Source: a virus
Virus record (IMG/VR): IMGVR_UViG_3300025120_000020
DNA: 64,000 nucleotides
Reading direction: 5' to 3' (one strand)
Part shown: positions 57,446 to 64,000 of the stretch, in pieces
Numbering within the stretch: position 1 is the stretch's first letter
Layout: every line of letters starts with the position of its first letter
The notes under the pieces: generated by a model
Seen by the model: only the letters and a program-made list of their open reading frames with translations
Database searches by the model: none
What the model was told of the DNA's origin: nothing
Program-made: the position numbers and the translations under genes

Positions 57446-57485
57446 TTTTTACGAAATATTATCGTAAAAAAAACAAATATATCAA
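57446..57485 (-). promoter_or_regulatory. Promoter TTGATA-N16-GATAAT with an overlapping palindrome
   Basis: TTTTTACGA-N7-TCGTAAAAA at 57446-57470 covers the -10. Confidence 0.45.
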
Positions 57486-57491
57486 CAAATA

Positions 57492-57863
57492 CTAAAAAAT
57501 ATATTCGATCTCAATAGTGGAATCTCCATGTTTTTCAAACTCAATGTGGTCAAAGCCAGTTGAACCAGAAACATTATTTGCGATTAGAGCATCATCAATA
57601 AAATAAGAATAAGTGTCATTTCTCTTCATGTGAACTGAAATATCAAATGAATTATTAGGAGAATAACCCCCAACAAACCTACCTGATTGATCAAAAATAT
57701 ACCCCACGCTTCCAGAAAAAACAAACCCACTATTCAGTAACCCATCTCCTCCAGCATTGCCAGTCCCAGCAGCTACAGAGAATCCAGAAAAAGTATCATC
57801 AATAGAAATAGTTAAATTTGTAATTGATTCTTCATAACCATCGACTTGTTGGTAAACCTTCAT
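57492..57863 (-). CDS. Small virion-associated protein
   Basis: 123 aa, S/T-G rich, GTGTA motif upstream. Confidence 0.55.
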   Translation of the reverse strand: MKVYQQVDGYEESITNLTISIDDTFSGFSVAAGTGNAGGDGLLNSGFVFSGSVGYIFDQSGRFVGGYSPNNSFDISVHMKRNDTYSYFIDDALIANNVSGSTGFDHIEFEKHGDSTIEIEYIF

Positions 57864-57879
57864 TCTCTATATATTACAC

Positions 57880-57913
57880 AAAAAAACAGCCCCACCTTTC
57901 GGTGAGGCTGTTT
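57880..57913 (-). terminator. Rho-independent terminator after the tail tube gene
   Basis: Minus strand CAGCCTCACC-GAAA-GGTGGGGCTG followed by T7. Confidence 0.9.
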
Positions 57914-57929
57914 GTATTTTTAAAATAGA

Positions 57930-59141
57930 TTAACTAATTGGTTGAGCAGTCAACTTGTTATTTGTTCCACTTACAACAGTAAAGGCTGGAACATCAGCCT
58001 GTGGGAAGAAGAACAGCCCTTGGTCAGTGGTAGAAGCACCACCGATTTGAGCAGAGAAAGTGAGATCAACAGTTTCGTTATCATCAAGTCCTTGCGAGAA
58101 TGACTGACTATCAAGAACAGCTCCACTAAGAACATACTCTACTGCGGCTGCGCCATCGTTTGTAATGTTCAATGTGATGTTAGTCTTATTATTCTCAGCA
58201 GTTCCAGTCAAAGCATACTCAAGTGCGCCTGAAGCAAAGTCCCTAGTAAGAGTATTGACGCTCATAGTAACGTCAATTGGGAATTCAAGGAGTTTGGCAT
58301 AAGCCAACTCATTTCCAAGAGCCTCAATAACTTCACGAGCTAATGGAAGCTCAACAGAAGCACTTTGAATAGGTAAAGCACTAAAGGTAGGTCCACCAAT
58401 TTTCGAAACTCCATCAGTCCCATCATTGAAAGTAATAGTTACATCTTGAGGACGAAGAACCAATGGAAGATTGTCAGCATCAGAACTTGGAGCAGGAAGT
58501 TTAACAATCCCAGTGTGAGTTCTTTCTCCTTCCAAGTCTAGCGATGGGTTAAGCAGACCAGAATTAATTCCAGTATAGAAAACCACATTAGAAGCTTGCA
58601 TTTCAATATCAGCCCGTGGGATCTCTCCAACACTGAAGTTTGCACTGTAGCTGGAAAGGAAACAGTTTCCGAATCCAACAACATCGTGGTTATCTTCATT
58701 TGTTATCATTGTTGCCTCCGTTTCATTAAAAGCATCTTCTCCCTCTGCAACTGTTAGTAGGAAAATATTGCGCTCTTTAAGAATAGGATCTTCTGTCAAT
58801 TGTCCAGAACACATTTGACCCTTAACTGATGCCGTTGATTTCTGGAAACCAAGAGCCAATTCATTTTCTCCATCCCCCAAGAAGTATCCGAAACTTAAAG
58901 TTGGATTCACTTCAGTAAGGTTAACGGTTCCGATTCGTGCTAATTGACCAAATTCTCTGACATCTTGACGCGCTCCAGCGAGATCCATTTCGAATGAAAA
59001 GGTATCAACACGATGCAGGTGATGACCTGTTACCATGCTATTGCCAGTTAAAGGAGTTCCTGCTTCGGGATATGCGCCCCATCCAGTAGGAGTTACATAG
59101 ACCGCCTTGTTTTGTGAAATTACTCTTGTTCTTGTAGCCAT
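57930..59141 (-). CDS. Major tail (tube) protein
   Basis: L.RV.......RQDVREFGQL, CFLSSYSANFSVG, two related halves; own promoter motif and terminator. Confidence 0.75.
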   Translation of the reverse strand: MATRTRVISQNKAVYVTPTGWGAYPEAGTPLTGNSMVTGHHLHRVDTFSFEMDLAGARQDVREFGQLARIGTVNLTEVNPTLSFGYFLGDGENELALGFQKSTASVKGQMCSGQLTEDPILKERNIFLLTVAEGEDAFNETEATMITNEDNHDVVGFGNCFLSSYSANFSVGEIPRADIEMQASNVVFYTGINSGLLNPSLDLEGERTHTGIVKLPAPSSDADNLPLVLRPQDVTITFNDGTDGVSKIGGPTFSALPIQSASVELPLAREVIEALGNELAYAKLLEFPIDVTMSVNTLTRDFASGALEYALTGTAENNKTNITLNITNDGAAAVEYVLSGAVLDSQSFSQGLDDNETVDLTFSAQIGGASTTDQGLFFFPQADVPAFTVVSGTNNKLTAQPIS

Positions 59142-59176
59142 ATTTATATAAAAAGGTTTACCTTAAATACACTGAT

Positions 59177-60055
59177 TTAAGACCTTGGGAAACGATAGGT
59201 TGATAAATCAAAGTCTAAGAATGCTATAGAGAAGTCTTTATTCAGTTTTTCTCGCAAAGCCTCAGAAACAACTTTTGAAGCTGTAACGCTATCAATATAA
59301 GAACATAGAGGGCTAGTCCCTTGATTTCCTACAATGCCAGTATAAGTATAAGGAAAATCTTTTACAGAGTAAGAATAAGCATATGGGAACTCCTCATAAG
59401 GAATGTGAGTTACTTTTTCTCTTACGGTATCTCTAAGCCTAGAAATAACAGAATCTAAAATATAAGAATCTTTAGTTAAAATCATGACACGAACCCTACT
59501 TTGAGTGTTTTCCTCCCCACCAAATGCGAACTCTTCATTCTCAGAAGAAGCTAGAGAAACAAAACAAGCTGGAAGGAAATAAGCCCCTTTGTCTATAATT
59601 CCTGTTTCATTATAAAAGTAAGGCGAATCTTGCCCATTCTCTAAAAAATCAGAATAGACCAAAAACTCTACATCATCATCGTGAGAGATGTAAGTATTTA
59701 CTTCTTTTACAGAATAAGTCCCAGATATATTTAATCCAGTTCCAGAAGCTTCAGGAAATAAAAGTCTTCCATTTTCGTAATCAGTATGAACCCCTCCATT
59801 TGCACTAGAATCTCCAGTGACAAGACCCCCGCTCACCATAAACCCAGAGTTTACAACATCGATATCATAATCAGCGACAAGTTGACGATACTCTCCCTGA
59901 TAACCAACCATATCAGCAGGAATATCATCAAAATCTACATAGCGAAAATTATTGTCTAATCCAGTTATATAAGCTTTAGTGTCAGTCTTTAACAAGCGGT
60001 TTTCTAACCACAAGTAAAAACTGGACAATAAATTCTGATCAAATTGAGCTTTCAT
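59177..60055 (-). CDS. Tail terminator/neck-like protein
   Basis: Position before the tail tube; DYENGR..F, LPACFV, FAFGG. Confidence 0.55.
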   Translation of the reverse strand: MKAQFDQNLLSSFYLWLENRLLKTDTKAYITGLDNNFRYVDFDDIPADMVGYQGEYRQLVADYDIDVVNSGFMVSGGLVTGDSSANGGVHTDYENGRLLFPEASGTGLNISGTYSVKEVNTYISHDDDVEFLVYSDFLENGQDSPYFYNETGIIDKGAYFLPACFVSLASSENEEFAFGGEENTQSRVRVMILTKDSYILDSVISRLRDTVREKVTHIPYEEFPYAYSYSVKDFPYTYTGIVGNQGTSPLCSYIDSVTASKVVSEALREKLNKDFSIAFLDFDLSTYRFPRS

Positions 60056-60675
60056 TTTATGATGTTTTTGTAAAACTTATCTACAAGTTTGGAGATATAG
60101 GGTTGGGTTTTGAAGTTAGTGGATCTTAAATTCTTTAAGACTTGTATCCCCGTCCCAGCTCTGGACTGATTCAAACCCCCTGCTTTATATAAGAAAGATC
60201 CTAAGTTCGAAATTCCCTTTTCTATACCGTCTGCCCAGCTAGATCCACTAGCCCAAGGTATTTGAGACACGCTAAAAAGTTCGTCTTTAGAAGGGGGGTT
60301 TGTGATAGATATTTTAAATCTACCATTAGATATTGCCCGAACTGTAACTACAAGTTTTTGTTTTAATATTTTTTCAATTCCTGCTGTTGGGTCAGACCCC
60401 TTATCAAAACCAATAAAAGAAAAAAGGTTTCCATAACCACCTAAAGTGCCAGAGCTATTTGAGGCATTTGGCCCAGCTTTAATTTCTTTCGTAACAGAAT
60501 GATTAAAAAAATCTTTAATTAAAGTTTTTTGTGCATCTTCAATAATAGGAACAACATATTTTCTTATTTCTCGCCCAGTAACTTTACCATTGTTGCCAGC
60601 AGTCACCTGCCTGAGAAGTGCGGCTTTGTTTATTGTTACTTTAAACCGAGTTGCTGATATAAATGCTTTAGCCAT
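60052..60675 (-). CDS. Neck/tail completion protein
   Basis: Position in the head-tail joining run; GNLFSFIGF, W..GIE.G. Confidence 0.55.
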   Translation of the reverse strand: MAKAFISATRFKVTINKAALLRQVTAGNNGKVTGREIRKYVVPIIEDAQKTLIKDFFNHSVTKEIKAGPNASNSSGTLGGYGNLFSFIGFDKGSDPTAGIEKILKQKLVVTVRAISNGRFKISITNPPSKDELFSVSQIPWASGSSWADGIEKGISNLGSFLYKAGGLNQSRAGTGIQVLKNLRSTNFKTQPYISKLVDKFYKNIIK

Positions 60676-61124
60676 TAGTTTTCTCGTTTAAGGGACACAG
60701 TATAGTATTGAGTCGAGAATGGTCCCACATTTTTAGCATCAGTATCTACAGTAAATAAAGCATCATCAATTTCAATCCTCGTAGAATCCTTTACCTTATC
60801 GTAACCATCTGAATCAACTTTGATTCTCACCTTACCATGAGAAGCAGTTAAATTAAATTGCGCTCCACCATCCACTACAGACTCACCCTGATTTGGCGCG
60901 TAGCTGACTCTAGCTTGCACTGTGTGCTTAACTAGCGTAGTTTGCGAACTCAACCTAGAGTCGTCCTTAGCCCTACCATACAGTGGATTATAGTTCAAAT
61001 TAGCGGGTCTTGTAGTCACCCTCTTCTCAATATAGACATAAATATCTCTAGCAAAAGTATCGTGAACTTCGCTTAACGCACTTTGGATTGCTGACTTTTG
61101 AGTAGATGTAAGTAATGAAGCCAT
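60675..61124 (-). CDS. Head closure/stopper-like protein
   Basis: 149 aa, beta-rich, in the connector run. Confidence 0.55.
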   Translation of the reverse strand: MASLLTSTQKSAIQSALSEVHDTFARDIYVYIEKRVTTRPANLNYNPLYGRAKDDSRLSSQTTLVKHTVQARVSYAPNQGESVVDGGAQFNLTASHGKVRIKVDSDGYDKVKDSTRIEIDDALFTVDTDAKNVGPFSTQYYTVSLKREN

Positions 61125-61645
61125 TAGAATGATCTGTAAGAGCTTGTAGATTGGTATGCGTCAATATTGTCAACAGGATCAATTCCATCTCGGCCAAACA
61201 CCTGCAAGGGAGAAGACTTATATTGATTATAGCGGCCAACTAAGTCATTTAAACGATCAGAAGTATCAACCTTCAAGTCTCTGTATGTTTTCGCGACAGA
61301 GTTTTTGTTTTGTCTTTGAATGGTTGTATCGCCCTCTTTTAGAGTAATCCAATCCGTATCTCCTCCATAAGTGAACCCACGCAGAGAGTCTCTAGAAGCT
61401 TTCTCATAATAGTGGATCTCATAAAGGGTCGAGAAAATATTTTCTTCAATTGGCAATAAACCTGATCCAGTAGCAATTTCTATAGCCCCCGTATTATTAA
61501 CATAAAATTCTTCATTAGTAAGACCGTTAAGCTCGCCAATGTTAGCCTCAAGCCAACCAGAAATATAAGACACGGGAAATCTTACAGTGTCATCTGGAAA
61601 CTCGTAATTTACTATTTTTGTTGCTAGTGAGCCAAGATCATTCAT
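61124..61645 (-). CDS. Head-tail adaptor-like protein
   Basis: Helical; ITLKEGDTTI hairpin typical of gp15/gp6-like adaptors. Confidence 0.55.
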   Translation of the reverse strand: MNDLGSLATKIVNYEFPDDTVRFPVSYISGWLEANIGELNGLTNEEFYVNNTGAIEIATGSGLLPIEENIFSTLYEIHYYEKASRDSLRGFTYGGDTDWITLKEGDTTIQRQNKNSVAKTYRDLKVDTSDRLNDLVGRYNQYKSSPLQVFGRDGIDPVDNIDAYQSTSSYRSF

Positions 61646-61682
61646 TAAATAACCTTACAGTAAAACCAGTCTTTAGGGAATT

Positions 61683-62066
61683 CTATAGCTCAAACAGCTT
61701 TTTTACTTCATCGTAATTTTCAGCCTTTGGATCAACAACAGGTTGTGCTTGTCCCGCTACTGTTACGTTATTTTGTTGAACATAAATATCAAAGGACTTT
61801 AGTAAATTCTTCTTTAATACTGATGGAGTGTCAATAGAGGAAGCTGGTAGACCAACCCTTTGAGCAAGAGTCGTCATTTCTCCGACAGACATGCTACCCA
61901 GATTACTAGAAAAAACATTCTTGTTATTTGTGCCATATGGATTAACATCCTTAATCCCCAAAAGATCTTCTAATTCCTTTGTTTTTTGAATCTTCTCTTC
62001 TCGCTCAGAACGCTCTTTACCATCAATAACGTTAAACTCTTCTAAAAATTCTTTCTTATTCTCCAT
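61683..62066 (-). CDS. Hypothetical protein after the major capsid gene
   Basis: 127 aa; GTGTA motif upstream. Confidence 0.6.
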   Translation of the reverse strand: MENKKEFLEEFNVIDGKERSEREEKIQKTKELEDLLGIKDVNPYGTNNKNVFSSNLGSMSVGEMTTLAQRVGLPASSIDTPSVLKKNLLKSFDIYVQQNNVTVAGQAQPVVDPKAENYDEVKKLFEL

Positions 62067-62098
62067 ACCTTATCATAATAGATTACACTAAAAAAATC

Positions 62099-62132
62099 AA
62101 AAAAAAAAGAGCCGCCCCGTAGGGCGACTCTT
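62099..62132 (-). terminator. Rho-independent terminator after the major capsid gene
   Basis: Minus strand GAGTCGCCC-TACG-GGGCGGCTC followed by a long T run. Confidence 0.9.
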
Positions 62133-62150
62133 AAATTTAGGAAACCTCGA

Positions 62151-63254
62151 TTAGAGAACGATTCCGACAAGAGCGCGGTCGTCGATACAAACGCGACCCT
62201 CTTCGACTTTACCGTAGTAACCAATCTTGTTCTGACGAACGGAGAACTGGTCATCAACGAGAACGTTGAGTTCACCAGTAGAGCCTTCATCAAGAACGAC
62301 AGGACGGAGTAGAGCGTCACGAGAACGATCAACACCGATAAGGATCTGTTCGGAAGCTTCAGTGAAGCTCACGCCACCCTTAACAGCATCAAAGATCTTG
62401 TTGAAACGCTGTCCTTTACCCATTTCAAGAACTTCGACGATATTGATACCGTAGAAGCTTGGGAGTCCAGCACCACTGTAAAGCTGAGAGCGAAGCTCTG
62501 CTGGAGCAGCGATGCTAGTCTTAAGAGCTGAAGTCATAGGAGCAGCAGCAGTGTTAATAGGATTGTATGCCATAGCACGAATATCTTCAACAACTTCAGG
62601 AGAAACGAGGAGATCCGTAACACCAGCCTTAGAACCACCAACAGGCGTTCCACCGACAAACGAGCTATTCACACGCTTAGAGAGTGTGATAAGCTTGTTC
62701 AAGTCATCAAGAACAAGGCTAGTTCCAGCAGCAGCAGTGATATGATCACCAGCAGCAGCAGTTAAGCTATCTCCAGCAACAAGAGCGGAAGCGAGCACGT
62801 TAAATGCAGTGCGCTCCTGCTTAAGCATAATTTCCTGAGCCATACGAGTGAAGGTCTTGGAAACAACGTCAACGCGAGCCTTCTTAGCATACTTACGGTC
62901 GAAAGCGAGTGCGCTGTCAAGAGTGTAAGTGCTAAACTTCAGCTCGTTGTGAGCTGGAAAGACTTGGTTGTAAGGGAGTCCACCAGCAACTTGCTGGGAG
63001 TAAACCTGCACATAATCTTCATCAGTAATGTCGTGGAAGAGATCAAGAGGAAGGGAAGGATTGTCATCAGACTGATAGGTCAGAGTGGTGAAAAGATTTC
63101 CAACGGTCACGGCATTGTTGATAACTTCACTGACCACAGGTCCGAGAAGTTCTGCAACAGCTGCCTGAGCCTCGTAAGCCTCTTCACGATTATTCGAACC
63201 CATTGCGCGAACAAGGGCTAACTGATCTTCAGTTTTTTTAATAGTAATTTTCAT
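62151..63254 (-). CDS. Major capsid protein (HK97-like)
   Basis: 367 aa with strong codon bias; preceded by decoration and scaffold-like genes, followed by a strong terminator; LLVSPE, IGYYG..EEG. Confidence 0.85.
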   Translation of the reverse strand: MKITIKKTEDQLALVRAMGSNNREEAYEAQAAVAELLGPVVSEVINNAVTVGNLFTTLTYQSDDNPSLPLDLFHDITDEDYVQVYSQQVAGGLPYNQVFPAHNELKFSTYTLDSALAFDRKYAKKARVDVVSKTFTRMAQEIMLKQERTAFNVLASALVAGDSLTAAAGDHITAAAGTSLVLDDLNKLITLSKRVNSSFVGGTPVGGSKAGVTDLLVSPEVVEDIRAMAYNPINTAAAPMTSALKTSIAAPAELRSQLYSGAGLPSFYGINIVEVLEMGKGQRFNKIFDAVKGGVSFTEASEQILIGVDRSRDALLRPVVLDEGSTGELNVLVDDQFSVRQNKIGYYGKVEEGRVCIDDRALVGIVL

Positions 63255-63269
63255 AATCTGTGAGTAAAA

Positions 63270-63848
63270 TTAGAAGTTAATGTTAACAATTGCGTATCCT
63301 CCTGCGTGGGTATCACCAGCAGGACGAGATCCAGTAGCAAGGACTTTACCGACAACAGTGTCAGCGGCAACAGCAGTAGCAAGCGTTCCACCAGCACGAA
63401 GTCCAAGCTCGACATTAGGAGCAGGGATAAGTGAGCCAGAGAAAGCTCCTTCCATAAAGGTAAATACACCCTTAGTAGCTACAGGGACAGATTCTCCAGA
63501 GAGAACGCACTGAAGCTCTTCTTTCTTCTGGGGGTAAAAGCGCAGCTTCTCTCCATTCTCATCGGTGTCGCGAACGTCACGGACGATAATTCCAAGAGCA
63601 GCATCACCAGAACCAGCCGTTGCCACCCTCAGAGGGTTAACAGCAAGAGGAGAATAAGCATTTCCTTGAGTAGTAAGGAAAGCAGATCCACCGTCTACGA
63701 GATCTATAAGATCATCGTTGAGATTGGCGGCAGAAACCTTTACAATGGTTCCAGCCCCGACATCAGTGCCTTCGTAAGCAAACATGTTGATAACATCGTT
63801 ATCATCATATTGACGGTAGGGCAATATTTTAGTAATTTCACTAGCCAT
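63270..63848 (-). CDS. Capsid decoration/cement protein
   Basis: 192 aa directly upstream of the MCP; ALGI, GESVPVATKG, VVGKVL. Confidence 0.7.
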   Translation of the reverse strand: MASEITKILPYRQYDDNDVINMFAYEGTDVGAGTIVKVSAANLNDDLIDLVDGGSAFLTTQGNAYSPLAVNPLRVATAGSGDAALGIIVRDVRDTDENGEKLRFYPQKKEELQCVLSGESVPVATKGVFTFMEGAFSGSLIPAPNVELGLRAGGTLATAVAADTVVGKVLATGSRPAGDTHAGGYAIVNINF

Positions 63849-63855
63849 AATATAA

Positions 63856-63890
63856 TTTAGTTAGATTTTTTTTTAGTTAGATTTTTTTTT
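63856..63890. repeat. Direct repeat of AGTTAGA(T)9 x2 upstream of the decoration gene
   Basis: tttagttagatttttttttagttagattttttttt. Confidence 0.75.
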
Positions 63891-63999
63891 ATTTTGTAAC
63901 TTCTACAGAGAAGTTTTCTTTCAGCTTTGCAACCAAAGAAATTTGTTCGGAGGCTTCTGCGTTGTTGTTAGGAATGGGAGCGGCCTCGACCTCTTCAAC
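63889..63999 (-). CDS. C-terminal fragment of a scaffold/prohead-protease-like protein
   Basis: Own translation ...VEEVEAAPIPNNNAEASEQISLVAKLKENFSVEVTK*; position upstream of decoration and MCP genes. Confidence 0.55.
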   Translation of the reverse strand, partial: VEEVEAAPIPNNNAEASEQISLVAKLKENFSVEVTK

Positions 64000-64000
64000 T

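Noticed and set aside
1-64000. Alternative genetic code or prophage/integration module
   Set aside because: Genes are full length under code 11 with all three stops used; no integrase, repressor, att-like site or host genes seen.

Overview
A 64 kb slice of a large, AT-rich, tailed dsDNA bacteriophage, mostly encoded on the minus strand. The host is probably diderm, given the amidase, holin and lipoprotein spanin. It carries: (i) a head-tail module (major capsid, decoration, connector, tail tube, chaperones, tape measure, tail-tip genes; 43-64 kb); (ii) a replication module (RecA, DnaB, primase, Cas4/RecB-like nuclease, a family C polymerase split into PHP, DEDDh exonuclease and DnaE core genes, a ClpA/C-like ATPase); (iii) nucleotide metabolism (ThyX, NrdAB, MazG-like), a sigma factor, Hsp20, SSB and SSAP; (iv) a lysis cassette; and (v) an unusually large glycan toolkit. 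The toolkit comprises a four-gene nucleotide-heptose operon (cupin, HldA-like kinase, HldC-like nucleotidyltransferase, HAD phosphatase), HldD, Gmd, about 8 glycosyltransferase-like genes, and a GT9 heptosyltransferase split across two adjacent genes. A subset of virion proteins is strongly enriched in Ser/Thr-Gly dipeptides. The lead hypothesis is a phage-encoded heptose-based virion glycosylation system with S/T-G acceptor sites. Other notable signals are a recurring GTGTA late-promoter-like motif, near-leaderless TTGAnn-N16/17-TAnnnT promoters, and a structured intergenic element at about 35.9 kb that may be the replication origin. No tRNA, CRISPR array, integrase, transposase or reverse transcriptase was found. 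All family assignments are from motif recognition by eye, not database searches.
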